Origin: Vicinamibacterales bacterium
GTDB lineage: Bacteria; Acidobacteriota; Vicinamibacteria; Vicinamibacterales; UBA8438
NCBI GenBank assembly: GCA_965203565.1
Contig: OZ241896.1
Coordinates: 1,685,728-1,749,727 of the forward strand
Reading direction: 5' to 3'
DNA: 64,000 bases
Shown here: piece after piece, positions 29,712 through 39,753 of the stretch
Layout: every line of letters begins with the position of its first letter
How positions within the stretch are numbered: position 1 is the stretch's first letter
The notes under the pieces: model-generated
What the model was told of the DNA's origin: nothing
Databases searched by the model: none
The model's input: the letters and a program-made list of their open reading frames with translations, nothing else
Made by a program: the position numbers and the translations under genes

Positions 29712-29996
29712 CTACGCCAGCCACTCGCGGTCGGCGGCGACGATCAATCCCGGGTCCTGGCGCTCGATTTCCTCGACCACGGCGTCGAGCGATCGCGCGA
29801 CGGCCTGCTGCGCGGCGCCGACCGCGGCGACGGCGAGGCGGCAGCGCTGCCGCAGCGTCTGATGATCGGTCTCCGCCACCGAGACGTTGAGGCGGCGGAG
29901 ACGGTCCTTCACGCTCCGCACCACGGCCCGCTTGTCCTTGAGCGAGCGGGCGCCCGGAACGCGCATCTCGATGGACAGGAGGCCGACGACAGGCAC
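29712..29996 (-). CDS. DUF503 (YlxP-like) protein
   Basis: ARSLKDKRAVVRS, NVSVAETDHQ; lies between infB and rbfA. Confidence 0.92.
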   Translation of the reverse strand: MPVVGLLSIEMRVPGARSLKDKRAVVRSVKDRLRRLNVSVAETDHQTLRQRCRLAVAAVGAAQQAVARSLDAVVEEIERQDPGLIVAADREWLA

Positions 29997-30023
29997 GACG
30001 CGACGCAGGAACCCCGAAAATGG

Positions 30024-32687
30024 CTACACGGTCGCGGCGACCTTTTCGACCGTGAACGATTCAATGACGTCGCCGACCTTGACGTCGGCGAACTTCTCGA
30101 AGGCGACGCCGCACTCGATGCCGGTCTTCACTTCGTTGACGTCGTCCTTGAACCGCCGGAGAGATCCGATCCGTCCTTCGTGCACCACGACGCCGTCACG
30201 GACCAGACGGGCCTGCGCGTCGCCGGCCCTGGTGATGCGGCCGTCGGTCACGACGCAACCGGCGGCCGCGCCGAACTTCGGCACCTTGAACACTTCCCGC
30301 ACTTCCGCCAGGCCGAGCTGTTTCTCCTCGGTCGTCGGCTCGAGCAGCCCGCTCATCGCCTTCCTGACTTCGTCGGTCACGTTGTAGATGACCGAATGCT
30401 TGCGGACGTCGACCCCTTCGGCCTCGGCCACGGTGGCGGCGTTCCGGTCCGGTCTGACGTTGAACCCGATGATGATGGCGTTCGACGTCGACGCCAGCAG
30501 GACGTCCGACTCGCTGACGGCGCCCACTCCGGTATGGATGATCCGGATCTTCACCCGCTCGTCCCCGAGTTTCGCGAGCGACTCGGCGAGCACTTCGGCC
30601 GATCCCTGCACGTCGGCCTTGATGATGATCGGGAGCTCCTTGGCCTCGCCTTCCGCCAGTTGCTGCTGCAGCGACTCCAGCGTCAGCCGGGTTCCCCGGC
30701 TCCCGAGCGCCTTCTCCTTCAACTGGTTCTGGCGCAGGAGCGCGATCTGGCGCGCCTTGGCTGCGTCGCCGACCACCTGGAACGCGTCGCCGGGCTGCGG
30801 CAGGCTCGTCAGCCCGAGCACCTCGACCGGGCTCGACGGCGCCGCTTCCTTGATCTGCCGCCCGCGGTCGTCGATGAGCGCCCGGACACGCCCCACGCGG
30901 GCGCCGGCGATGAAGTTGTCGCCCACGCGGAGCGTGCCGTCCTGCACGAGGATGGTGGCGACCGGCCCGCGGCCGCGATCGACCTTGGCTTCGAGCACGG
31001 CGCCGGCGGCGGTTCTCTTGGGGTTCGCCTTGTGCTCGCCCAACTCCGCTTGCAGCAGGATCGTCTCCAGGAGCGTGTCCAGGTTCCGCCGCTGCTTCGC
31101 CGAGACCGGGATCATCTCCGTCTGTCCGCCCCAGTCCACCGGCGCGAGATCGCGCTCGGCGAGCTCCTGCTTGACGCGGTCGGGGTTGGCGTCCGCCTTG
31201 TCGATCTTGTTGATGGCGACCAGGATCGGAACGTCCGCCGCGCGCGCGTGGTCGATCGCTTCCTGCGTCTGCGGCATCACGCCGTCGTCGGCCGCCACGA
31301 CGAGGACCACGACGTCGGTGACGCCGGCCCCGCGGGCGCGCATGGTCGTGAACGCCTCATGGCCGGGCGTGTCGAGGAACACGATCCGGCTGTCCTTGAC
31401 GGTGACCGCATACGCCCCGATGTGCTGCGTGATCCCGCCTGCCTCCCGCTCGGCGACCCGCGTTTCCCGAATGGCGTCGAGCAGCGTGGTCTTGCCGTGG
31501 TCCACGTGCCCCATCACGGTGACCACGGGAGCGCGCGGGACGAGGTCTTCGGGACGGCTGTCCTCGCTTTCAAGGACGCCCACTTCTTCTTCGAACGAGC
31601 GCATCTCGACGTCGGCGCCGAACTCACGGGCGATCATGGTCGCCGTGTCGGTGTCGAGCGTCGTGTTGATGGTCATCATGAGCCGTTTTTCGATCAGCTT
31701 CTTCAGCACCTCCTTCGCCTTGACTTCCAGCTTGTCGGCGAGGTCCTTGACGGCCATCCCCTCCGCCAGCGTGATCGTCCGCGTGATCGGCGGCGGCGGC
31801 GCCGCCGGCGGCGGCGCCGTTTGCCGCGGCCGCCGGTCGCCGCGCTTGCCGTGCGGCCGGTACGGCCGCGGCGGCGGTCGATATCCGACGGCGGGCCGCG
31901 GCGGCAGCGGTCTGGACGACGGGGGGCGGACCGGCTGCGCGGGCAGCGGCCGCGGGCCGCCCAGCGGCTGCTGGCTCATCGGCGGCGGCGTGCGCATCGT
32001 CGCCGGCGGTCTGACGTCGGTCGCCGCGGCCGCTGCGGCCGGCGGCGCAACGGGCGCGGCCGACGCCGCCGGCCGTTTCGGCTCCTCGACCCGCAGCCGC
32101 AACGTCGGCGGCGCGGCCCGGCCGGTCGGTTTCGCGAGGACGGCGGCGCGCCGCGGCGGCGCTGACGGCTTGACATCGGATGCAGCGGTCGCCGCGGCCG
32201 CTGCGGCCGGCGGCGCAACGGGCGTGTCGATGGCTTGCGCCGGTGGCGCGGCCGGCGCCGCCGCCGCGGCGCCGTTCGGCGGCGCTTCGGCGGTCGGCGC
32301 GGCGGCGGACTCGGCGTCGGCGGCGACTGCCGCCTCGGCTTCCGCCGCGGCTCTCGCCTCGGCTCTGGCCGCCTTGGCCGCCTTGATCAGCCGGGGCGGA
32401 CCGAGCGTCGGCCTGGCCGGCTTCGGCGCTTCCGCTCCAGGTTGCGTCGGCCGGCCGCGCCGGGCGGACGGCCGGCGCAACGCCGCCTCGGTGAACAGGC
32501 GGCCGCTCGGCAGCTCGATGCCCCGCTCGCGCGCGACCCGCATCGCGAACTGGCGGGCCACGATCTCTTCGACCGTGCTCGAGGCGCTCTTGACGTCGAT
32601 GCCGGAGTCGCGGCGAAGCTGTTCGATGATCTCCTGACTGGGAAGGCCGAGCGCCTTCGCGACCAGATGGATCCGGATGGTAGCCAA
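30024..32687 (-). CDS. infB: translation initiation factor IF-2
   Basis: MGHVDHGKTTLLDAIR, DTPGHEAF, NKID; TTG start followed by ATIRIHLVAK. Confidence 0.97.
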   Translation of the reverse strand: MATIRIHLVAKALGLPSQEIIEQLRRDSGIDVKSASSTVEEIVARQFAMRVARERGIELPSGRLFTEAALRRPSARRGRPTQPGAEAPKPARPTLGPPRLIKAAKAARAEARAAAEAEAAVAADAESAAAPTAEAPPNGAAAAAPAAPPAQAIDTPVAPPAAAAAATAASDVKPSAPPRRAAVLAKPTGRAAPPTLRLRVEEPKRPAASAAPVAPPAAAAAATDVRPPATMRTPPPMSQQPLGGPRPLPAQPVRPPSSRPLPPRPAVGYRPPPRPYRPHGKRGDRRPRQTAPPPAAPPPPITRTITLAEGMAVKDLADKLEVKAKEVLKKLIEKRLMMTINTTLDTDTATMIAREFGADVEMRSFEEEVGVLESEDSRPEDLVPRAPVVTVMGHVDHGKTTLLDAIRETRVAEREAGGITQHIGAYAVTVKDSRIVFLDTPGHEAFTTMRARGAGVTDVVVLVVAADDGVMPQTQEAIDHARAADVPILVAINKIDKADANPDRVKQELAERDLAPVDWGGQTEMIPVSAKQRRNLDTLLETILLQAELGEHKANPKRTAAGAVLEAKVDRGRGPVATILVQDGTLRVGDNFIAGARVGRVRALIDDRGRQIKEAAPSSPVEVLGLTSLPQPGDAFQVVGDAAKARQIALLRQNQLKEKALGSRGTRLTLESLQQQLAEGEAKELPIIIKADVQGSAEVLAESLAKLGDERVKIRIIHTGVGAVSESDVLLASTSNAIIIGFNVRPDRNAATVAEAEGVDVRKHSVIYNVTDEVRKAMSGLLEPTTEEKQLGLAEVREVFKVPKFGAAAGCVVTDGRITRAGDAQARLVRDGVVVHEGRIGSLRRFKDDVNEVKTGIECGVAFEKFADVKVGDVIESFTVEKVAATV

Positions 32688-32727
32688 CGTTTTCTCTCGG
32701 CAACGCGCCGCGGCGCGCCGGCGCAAG

Positions 32728-34074
32728 TCAGTTCGGCGCCCGCTCTTCAGACGCAGCCGGGGATTCCGGGCTGTCCGGCGCCTGCTCCGCTTCCGCGGCC
32801 GTCGCGCGCTCCGCCGCATCGACCTGCTCTCGGACCGCCTCCTTCAGCGCCTCCGCCGCCTCCCTGCCGATCCCCGCCACTTCGGCCAGCGTGTCGGTCG
32901 TCGCCTCCAGCAACCGGTCGGCGGTGTCGAGACCCGCGGCGCTGAGCTTCCGAAGCTGCTCGCCGTCAAGGTCGGGCAACGTCAGCGTCGCGGCGTCGTC
33001 GGCGGCAAGCCCGTCGAGTTGCGCTTCGACCTCGCGGCGTTTCTCCTCCTCGCTCTTGATGTCGATCCTCCACCCTGTCAACTTGGCCGCCAGCCGCACG
33101 TTCTGGCCCTTCTTGCCGATGGCGAGCGACAACTGGCGGTCCTCCACGACGACCTCGATCACGTTTTCCTCGTGCTCGACGACGGTGACGCGCTGGACTC
33201 TGGCCGGGCTGAGCGCGTTGCTCACGAACGCCGCAGGGTCTTCCGACCACTCCACGATGTCGATCTTTTCTCCGCGCAGTTCGCGGATGATGGCCTGGAC
33301 CCTGGTCCCCTTCATGCCCACGCACGCGCCGACCGGATCGATGTCGCGTTCGCGCGAGTACACGGCGACCTTCGCCCGGTCCCCGGCCTCCCGCACCGCG
33401 CTGCGTATCGACACCGTGCCGTCGTATATCTCCGGCACTTCCTGTTCGAACAGCTTGATGAGCAGCGCCGGGTCGGTGCGGGACAGGATCAGTTGCGGGC
33501 CCTTGGCGTTCCTGTTGACTTCCCGAATCACGGCGCGGACCCGGTCGCCGGCGGTGTAGTTCTCGGCCCGCGACTGCTCGCGTCTCGGCAGCAGCGCCTC
33601 GACGCGGCCCGACTCGACGAAGATGTCGCCGTTCTCGAACTGCTTGACCGTTCCCGACACGACGTCGCCGACGCGCCCGCTGTACTCCGCGTAGACGTTT
33701 TCGCGCTCGGCTTCCCGCACCTTCTGGAAAATCACCTGCTTCGCGGTCTGGGCGGCGATGCGTCCGAGCACATCGGTCGGCTTCGGAAACTCGATCTCCA
33801 TGTCGACCTCGGCGTCGTCGCCGTACAGATCCTGCGCTTCCTCGAGGGAGATCTCGACGAGCGGATCGGTGACTTCTTCGACGATCTGGCGGACGGCGAA
33901 CAACTCGACCTGGCCCGTCTCGGGGTTGAACTTCGTTCTCAGATTCTCGTCGGACTTGTAGTACTTGCGGGACGCGGTCAGGACGGCGTCTTCGATCGCC
34001 GTGACGATCACGTCGGGATCGATCCCCTTCTCCTTGGCCACGGCCTCTATCGTCTGCTGCAGTGGATTGTTCAT
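32728..34074 (-). CDS. nusA: transcription termination/antitermination factor NusA
   Basis: GRIAAQTAKQVI, REAGDRAKVAV, ACVGMKG, SLAIGKKGQNVRLA. Confidence 0.97.
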   Translation of the reverse strand: MNNPLQQTIEAVAKEKGIDPDVIVTAIEDAVLTASRKYYKSDENLRTKFNPETGQVELFAVRQIVEEVTDPLVEISLEEAQDLYGDDAEVDMEIEFPKPTDVLGRIAAQTAKQVIFQKVREAERENVYAEYSGRVGDVVSGTVKQFENGDIFVESGRVEALLPRREQSRAENYTAGDRVRAVIREVNRNAKGPQLILSRTDPALLIKLFEQEVPEIYDGTVSIRSAVREAGDRAKVAVYSRERDIDPVGACVGMKGTRVQAIIRELRGEKIDIVEWSEDPAAFVSNALSPARVQRVTVVEHEENVIEVVVEDRQLSLAIGKKGQNVRLAAKLTGWRIDIKSEEEKRREVEAQLDGLAADDAATLTLPDLDGEQLRKLSAAGLDTADRLLEATTDTLAEVAGIGREAAEALKEAVREQVDAAERATAAEAEQAPDSPESPAASEERAPN

Positions 34075-34084
34075 GGCCGTTCTC

Positions 34085-34576
34085 TCAGAACTCCACCTCC
34101 AGCCGGGCGCGCGAGACCAGCGACCAGGGGATCCGGCGCCGGCGATCCGTCGATTCGAGCACCACGTCCTCGCCCAGGACGCCGCTGATCCGGCCCTTCC
34201 ATGCGTGCTGGCCGTCAACGGCGTCGGTCGTGACGATCTTCGCCAGACGCCCCGCGAACCGGCGGCAGTCGTCCAGATGCCGAAGCGGCCGGTCCAGTCC
34301 GGGGGACGAGACTTCCAGCGTATACCGGTGCGGGAACGTCACCTCCGCGTCCAGGACCGCGCTCAGGTCCCGGCTCACCTGTTCGCAGTCGCCGACGCTG
34401 ACCGGCGCGCCGGGACGCCCTCCGGCCCGCTCGCCGTCCTCCCGATCCAGGATCACCCTCAGCACCCACCCGATCGATTCCCGCCGCAAGCCGACGCTGA
34501 AGACGTCGAGTCCGCGACTCGACGCCACCCGCGCGGCGGCGTCGGCAATCTCCGACAGCAACTCGTCGCGTCCCAC
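34085..34576 (-). CDS. rimP: ribosome maturation factor RimP
   Basis: DCEQVSRDLSAVLD, YTLEVSSPGLDRPL. Confidence 0.95.
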   Translation of the reverse strand: MGRDELLSEIADAAARVASSRGLDVFSVGLRRESIGWVLRVILDREDGERAGGRPGAPVSVGDCEQVSRDLSAVLDAEVTFPHRYTLEVSSPGLDRPLRHLDDCRRFAGRLAKIVTTDAVDGQHAWKGRISGVLGEDVVLESTDRRRRIPWSLVSRARLEVEF

Positions 34577-34602
34577 GGCGGCGGCCCCCCGCGGACACCC
34601 CC

Positions 34603-34632
34603 AAAAAACAAAAAGTGGGCAAACGCCCACCC
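34603..34632 (-). promoter_or_regulatory. rimP leader hairpin / attenuator-like terminator
   Basis: GGGTGGGC-GTTT-GCCCACTT followed by a T-rich tract (TTTGTTTTTT) just upstream of rimP-nusA. Confidence 0.7.
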
Positions 34633-34709
34633 ACCGAACTCACCGGACAAGGCAACCCGAAATGCTATCACGACATGCTCGGGCCGGCAACTTCCAGCGC
34701 CGCGGGCCG

Positions 34710-35015
34710 TCAGGCCGGCGGCGCGGACTGCGCCAGCGCATCGTCGACCAGTTGTTCGAGATCGATGGTCAGACGCTGCGCGTCGTCGCTCCGGGCCGAG
34801 TGGGCCGCCAGCGCCTTGAAATGTTCGTCTGCAATGTTCAGCGCCGTCAGCACGGCGATGCGCACCAAGTCGCCGGGGGTCTGCTCCGCGGACGCGTGCA
34901 TCTTCTGATCGACGTACTGCGCGAGCTGCGCCACGTACGCCTGATCCAGATCGCTCCGGATCGGATACTGCCGGCCGAAAATCTCGACGACGACGACGGC
35001 CGCTCCATCGTTCAC
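34710..35015 (-). CDS. zapA: cell division protein ZapA
   Basis: VEIFGRQYPIR, LAQYVDQKM, AVLTALNIADE. Confidence 0.93.
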   Translation of the reverse strand: MNDGAAVVVVEIFGRQYPIRSDLDQAYVAQLAQYVDQKMHASAEQTPGDLVRIAVLTALNIADEHFKALAAHSARSDDAQRLTIDLEQLVDDALAQSAPPA

Positions 35016-35038
35016 GATCGGGCTCCCCGGACGCTCCG

Positions 35039-35317
35039 TCAGACGTCGATCGTTTCGAGCTGCTGGAGCAGGTCCTCGACGCGGTTGCGCACCTGTTCCC
35101 GTTCGGTCACCAGGTTCTTGAGCTCGGCCGAGGCGGACTCGGCGCCCTCGAGCTGCGCGCGCAGGCTCTCGACCTCGTTCTGCAGGCGCTGGTTGTCCTC
35201 GTGGGCCCGCGCCAGCTCGGACCGCGTCCGTTCCGACAGCGCGATGAGGCCTTTCACCTTGTCGACGAGGCGCTCGATCTGATCGACGTCAATCGCTTGT
35301 CCCGTGGTCACTGGCAT
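35039..35317 (-). CDS. coiled-coil cell division protein, ZapB-like
   Basis: Heptad-rich 92-aa ORF between pheT and zapA, ending EREQVRNRVEDLLQQLE. Confidence 0.8.
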   Translation of the reverse strand: MPVTTGQAIDVDQIERLVDKVKGLIALSERTRSELARAHEDNQRLQNEVESLRAQLEGAESASAELKNLVTEREQVRNRVEDLLQQLETIDV

Positions 35318-35357
35318 CTGTTCCGGCTCCTGTCGTCCAATCTCGTCACCATCCCCG

Positions 35358-37469
35358 CTACCGCAGCTTCGCGTCGTGCGCCGCCTCGAGCCGCGCCACG
35401 ATGACGCCGATCGCACGATCGATCTCGGCGTCGGTCAGCGTCCGCTCCGGCGACCGGAACGTCAGGCGCAGGGCCAGACTGACACGGCCGTCGGGGATTC
35501 CCTCGCCCGCGTACCGGTCGAACTCGCGCACGCGCAGCAGCGTCTCCGGCGCCGCGGATCGAATCGTGTCACGAACCGCCGCGGCGGGCAAGGCGGCATC
35601 GACGATGACGGCGAGGTCGCGGACGATCGACGGGTGGCGGGGGAGCGGCGCCGCCGTCGTCCGCCGGCGATCGACGCCGACGCGGGCCAGCGCGCCCAGG
35701 TCGAGCTCGGCCACGTAGACGGCGTGGCGGCGCGAGGGCAGACCGCGCGCCGCGGCGACCTCGGGGTCGAGACGGCCGACGTGGCCGAGCGTGACGGGCG
35801 CCGCTTCGCCGGGCGCCGCCGCCTGCGCCACGGCGGTCCGGTCCTCGACGAGCGGCCGGCGCGCCGCCGCCGCGAACGCCGCCTCCACGCCGCACGCCTC
35901 GCAGACGCGATCGACGATCCCCGCGGCGTCGAAGAAGTCGGCCGCCGGCGCGCCGCCGGGCCAGCGCCGGCTGTCGCTCCAGTGCTCCGGGGCCGCCGGC
36001 CCCGTGATCGCGACCGCGGCCGCCCAGGTCTCGCCCGCCGCCGCCGTGAACCGGCGCCCGATCGTGAAGAGCCGGACGTCGCTCCGCTCGCGCCGGAGGT
36101 TGTGGACCAGCGCATCGACCAGACCGGGAATCAGCGACGGCCGGAGCACCGCGGACGTTTCGGACAGCGGGTTGGCGATGCGCGCCAGGTCCTCGGCCCG
36201 GTCGACGAACGGCAGCGCGGCCGCTTCGTCGATGAACCCGTACGTGATCGCTTCCGAGCAGCCGCTCGCCGCGAGCATCCGGCTGACCAGCCGCCGCTGC
36301 GCGCGCTCGCCGCTCGCCGGCGCGGGGGGGCGGACCAGCGCCGGGAACGTCGACGGCAACCGGTCGTAGCCGTAATGGCGGGCCACCTCCTCGATCAGGT
36401 CGATCTCGCGGCCGACGTCGACGCGGTGCGAAGGCGCGGTGACGCGCCACCTGGTCCCGGCGTCGTCCGCCGGCGCCGGCTCGACGCCGAACCCGAGCCG
36501 GCCGAGCGTCGTCCGGACGCAGTCCGGGGCGACGTCGACCCCGAGCACCTGCTCGATCCGCGCGCGCCGGAGAGTGACGGCCGCCGGGGCGCGCGGCGCG
36601 GGGTAGCGGTCGACGATGGCGCCGCGCGGCGTCCCGGCGCCGGCCGCTTCGAGCAGCGCGAGGGCGCGCCGCAACGCCCGCACCGGCGCCTCGACGTCCG
36701 CCCCGCGCTCGAACCGGTGCGACGCGTCGGTCGACAGCCCCAGCCGCTTGCTCGCGCGGCGGACCGAGACCGGATCGAACCAGGCGCTCTCGAGCGCGAC
36801 GCGCGCCGTGGACGCGGTCACCTGGGAGTCGGCGCCGCCCATGACGCCGGCCACGGCTTGCGCGCGCGCGGCGTCGGCGATGACGAGCACGCCGGGGTCG
36901 AGCGAGCGTTCGACCCCGTCCAGCGTGCGCACCGTCTCCCCGGCGCGGGCCGGCCGGATGCGGAGCTCGCCCCCCTGGAGCCGGTCAAGGTCGAAGGCGT
37001 GCATCGGGTGGCCGAGCTCGATCATCACGTAGTTCGTGACGTCGACGACGTTGTTGACAGGACGGACGCCGGCGGCCTCGAGCCGCGCCGTCATCCAGCC
37101 GGGCGACGGGCCGACGGTCACGTCGGCGACCGCCGCCGCGTACCGCGGACAGCGCGCATCGTCCTCGACGGCGACCGGCAGCGCGCCGTCGCCGACGCCG
37201 ACGCCGGCCAGCGCCGGCCAGACGAGGTCGGCGTCGTAGATCGCCGAGACCTCCCGGGCGATCCCGACGACGCCGAGGCAATCGGGACGGTTGGTGGTGA
37301 TCTCCAGGTCGAGCACCGCGTCGTCCCCGTCCGCCGCCGACCCCGGCGCCGCGGGAGGCGGCTCGATCGACGAGACCTCGAAGCCGCGCCGGGTGAGGGC
37401 GTCGGCCAGATCCCCGACGCCGGCCGTGACCGGCGCGATCTCACGCAGCCACGAGACGAGGATTCTCAA
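35358..37469 (-). CDS. pheT: phenylalanine--tRNA ligase beta subunit (lacks the B2 OB-fold)
   Basis: [50 protein letters not shown]-terminal FDX-ACB. Confidence 0.95.
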   Translation of the reverse strand: MRILVSWLREIAPVTAGVGDLADALTRRGFEVSSIEPPPAAPGSAADGDDAVLDLEITTNRPDCLGVVGIAREVSAIYDADLVWPALAGVGVGDGALPVAVEDDARCPRYAAAVADVTVGPSPGWMTARLEAAGVRPVNNVVDVTNYVMIELGHPMHAFDLDRLQGGELRIRPARAGETVRTLDGVERSLDPGVLVIADAARAQAVAGVMGGADSQVTASTARVALESAWFDPVSVRRASKRLGLSTDASHRFERGADVEAPVRALRRALALLEAAGAGTPRGAIVDRYPAPRAPAAVTLRRARIEQVLGVDVAPDCVRTTLGRLGFGVEPAPADDAGTRWRVTAPSHRVDVGREIDLIEEVARHYGYDRLPSTFPALVRPPAPASGERAQRRLVSRMLAASGCSEAITYGFIDEAAALPFVDRAEDLARIANPLSETSAVLRPSLIPGLVDALVHNLRRERSDVRLFTIGRRFTAAAGETWAAAVAITGPAAPEHWSDSRRWPGGAPAADFFDAAGIVDRVCEACGVEAAFAAAARRPLVEDRTAVAQAAAPGEAAPVTLGHVGRLDPEVAAARGLPSRRHAVYVAELDLGALARVGVDRRRTTAAPLPRHPSIVRDLAVIVDAALPAAAVRDTIRSAAPETLLRVREFDRYAGEGIPDGRVSLALRLTFRSPERTLTDAEIDRAIGVIVARLEAAHDAKLR

Positions 37470-38536
37470 TAGGGGAACTGCTCCAGCAGCCGCAGGTCGT
37501 TGTCGTAGAACGCGCGGATGTCCTGCACGCGGTACTTCAGGATGGCGACGCGGTCGATCCCGAGGCCGAACGCCCAGCCGGTCAGCCGCTCCGGGTCGTA
37601 GCCGACCGCTTCGAGCACCGCCGGGTGGACCATGCCGCTGCCGAGGATCTCCAGCCATCCGGTCCGCTTGCAGACGGCGCACCCGCCGCCGCCGCAGAAG
37701 ACGCAACTGATGAACGCCTCGGCGCTCGGCTCGGTGTACGGAAAGAAGCTCGGGCGGAACGTCACCTGCGTGTCCGGCTCGAAGAGCTGGCGCAGGAAGC
37801 ATTCGAGCGTCCCCTTCAGGTCGGCCATCGTCACCCCCTCGCCGACCAGCAGCCCCTCGACCTGCTGGAACATCGGGGAGTGCGTCAGGTCGGGGGTGTC
37901 CCGCCGATAGACCAGCCCCGGCGCGATGATCCGCACCGGCGGCTCGTGCGTCTCCATGTACCGGATCTGCACGCCGGAGGTGTGCGTGCGCAGCAGCGTG
38001 CCGGGCGGTCCGGCCGGCGTCGGCAGGGGCGCGTCGAGGTACAGCGTGTCCTGCATGTCGCGGGCGGGATGCTCCGGCGGCATGTTGAGCGCTTCGAAGT
38101 TGTGGTAGTCGTCCTCCACCTCCGGACCTTCCACGACCTCGAAGCCGAGGCCGGTGAAGATCTCCTCGATCTCCTCGCGGATGACGGTCAGCGGGTGGCG
38201 GCGTCCGACCCGGACCTCCCGGCCGGGGAGCGTGACGTCGACCGCCTCGCGGGGCGCGCGCGCATCGCCCCCCCCGGCCAGCGCGCGCTCGATCTCCTGC
38301 TTCAGATCGTTGGCCTGCCGGCCCAGGCCGCGGCGCGCGTCCGGCGGCGCCTGCGCGACCGACTTCAGCAGCGCCGTGACGGCGCCGCGCTTGCGGCCGA
38401 GATAGCGGTGGCGCAGCTCCTGCAACTGCTCGGCGGACGACGCCCGGCCGAGATCGGCCAGGAAGGCGGCGCGGATCGCTTCGGTGGTCGGGGCGGGCGC
38501 GGCGGCGTCGGGCGGAGGCGGCGGGGCTTTCGCCAC
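37466..38536 (-). CDS. pheS: phenylalanine--tRNA ligase alpha subunit
   Basis: [46 protein letters not shown]. Confidence 0.98.
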   Translation of the reverse strand: MAKAPPPPPDAAAPAPTTEAIRAAFLADLGRASSAEQLQELRHRYLGRKRGAVTALLKSVAQAPPDARRGLGRQANDLKQEIERALAGGGDARAPREAVDVTLPGREVRVGRRHPLTVIREEIEEIFTGLGFEVVEGPEVEDDYHNFEALNMPPEHPARDMQDTLYLDAPLPTPAGPPGTLLRTHTSGVQIRYMETHEPPVRIIAPGLVYRRDTPDLTHSPMFQQVEGLLVGEGVTMADLKGTLECFLRQLFEPDTQVTFRPSFFPYTEPSAEAFISCVFCGGGGCAVCKRTGWLEILGSGMVHPAVLEAVGYDPERLTGWAFGLGIDRVAILKYRVQDIRAFYDNDLRLLEQFPY

Positions 38537-38542
38537 TATCTG

Positions 38543-38938
38543 TCAGGCGTCGGCGCCCGCGGCGGCGCCGGCCGCCGCATCGGAGGAGCCGCGCGCCTCC
38601 CGGGCCCGCTCGGCGAGGTGCGCGAACGCCGCCGGCTCGCGCACGGCCAGATCCGCCAGGCTCTTCCGGTCGAGGGCGACGCCGGCGCTCTTCAGGCCGT
38701 TGATGAACCGGCTGTAGCTCAGGCCGTGGGATCGCGCCGCGGCGTTGATCCGGATCACCCACAGGCGGCGGAAGTCGCGCTTCTTCCGGCGGCGGCCGAC
38801 GAACGCGTAGTTCAGCGACGTGTCGACCGCTTCCTTCGCCGCGCGGTGCAGCTTGCTCTTGGTCTGGTAGAAACCCTTGGCTCTGGCCAGGAGGCGCCGC
38901 CGCCGGGCGCGCCGCAGGGGTCCGCGTTTCACTCGCAT
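38543..38938 (-). CDS. rplT: 50S ribosomal protein L20
   Basis: [32 protein letters not shown]. Confidence 0.98.
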   Translation of the reverse strand: MRVKRGPLRRARRRRLLARAKGFYQTKSKLHRAAKEAVDTSLNYAFVGRRRKKRDFRRLWVIRINAAARSHGLSYSRFINGLKSAGVALDRKSLADLAVREPAAFAHLAERAREARGSSDAAAGAAAGADA

Positions 38939-38945
38939 GGTTTGC

Positions 38946-39143
38946 TCACCTGTAGGGGATCATCCGCTTCAGACGGGGCGCGTCGGCCTCGTCCACCGTC
39001 GTCGTGCCGCGCAGGCCGCGCCGGCGCTTGGCGGTCTTGCTCGTCAGGATGTGCTGCTTGAATGCCTTGCTGCGCCGGAGCCTTCCGGTTCCGGTCGCGC
39101 TGAACCGCTTGGCCGCGCCGCGGTGCGTCTTCAGTTTCGGCAT
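38946..39143 (-). CDS. rpmI: 50S ribosomal protein L35
   Basis: [14 protein letters not shown]. Confidence 0.98.
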   Translation of the reverse strand: MPKLKTHRGAAKRFSATGTGRLRRSKAFKQHILTSKTAKRRRGLRGTTTVDEADAPRLKRMIPYR

Positions 39144-39172
39144 CCGGTTTTCCTTCTTTCCTTCCGGTTCGA

Positions 39173-39733
39173 TCAGTGCCCCTTCCGCTGGACGGTCTTG
39201 CTGGCCAGGATGGTGTGCATCTGGTTCCCCTCCATCCGCGGCATCGTTTCCTGCGTGGCGACTTCGACGAGCTCCTCCACCAGGCGGTCGAGGATGTGGC
39301 GCCCGAACTCGGGGTGGGCCATCTCCCGGCCGCGGAAGAAGATCGTGGCCTTCACCTTGTCGCCGTGGGCGAGGAAGCGCTCGACGTGCTTCTTCTTGAA
39401 CTGGTAGTCGTGCTCGTCGACCTTCGGCCGGAACTTGATCTCCTTGATCTCGATCGTCTTCTGGTGCTTCTTGGCCTGCCGCGTGCGCTTCTGCTCCTGG
39501 TACTGGTATCGCCCGTAGTCGGTGATGCGGCAGACGGGAGGCTGCGCCGTGGGCGACACCTCCACGAGGTCAAGACCCTTTTCGCGGGCTATCGCCAGCC
39601 CTTGCTGCGGGGACATCACCCCGAGCTGCTGTCCCTCGTCGTCGATGACCCGAACCTCCCTGACCCGGATACGCTCGTTGATGCGCGTACGGTTCGCGCG
39701 AAAGTCCCGGCGCGGTCCTCGTCGAAAAGCGAT
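39173..39733 (-). CDS. infC: translation initiation factor IF-3 (non-canonical ATC start)
   Basis: The frame stays open upstream of 39619 through RINERIRVREVRVID to an ATC preceded by GGGAGGGA; DLVEVSP, KEIKFRP, FFRGRE. Confidence 0.93.
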   Translation of the reverse strand: MAFRRGPRRDFRANRTRINERIRVREVRVIDDEGQQLGVMSPQQGLAIAREKGLDLVEVSPTAQPPVCRITDYGRYQYQEQKRTRQAKKHQKTIEIKEIKFRPKVDEHDYQFKKKHVERFLAHGDKVKATIFFRGREMAHPEFGRHILDRLVEELVEVATQETMPRMEGNQMHTILASKTVQRKGH

Positions 39734-39753
39734 GGCGTTTCCCTCCCGTTATT

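Noticed and set aside
32018-32224. Duplicated ~40-bp segment in infB (PVAPPAAAAAAT twice)
   Set aside because: Ordinary low-complexity expansion in the variable IF-2 N-terminal linker
34633-34709. 6S RNA, often found downstream of zapA
   Set aside because: The gap is too short and is occupied by the rimP promoter and leader
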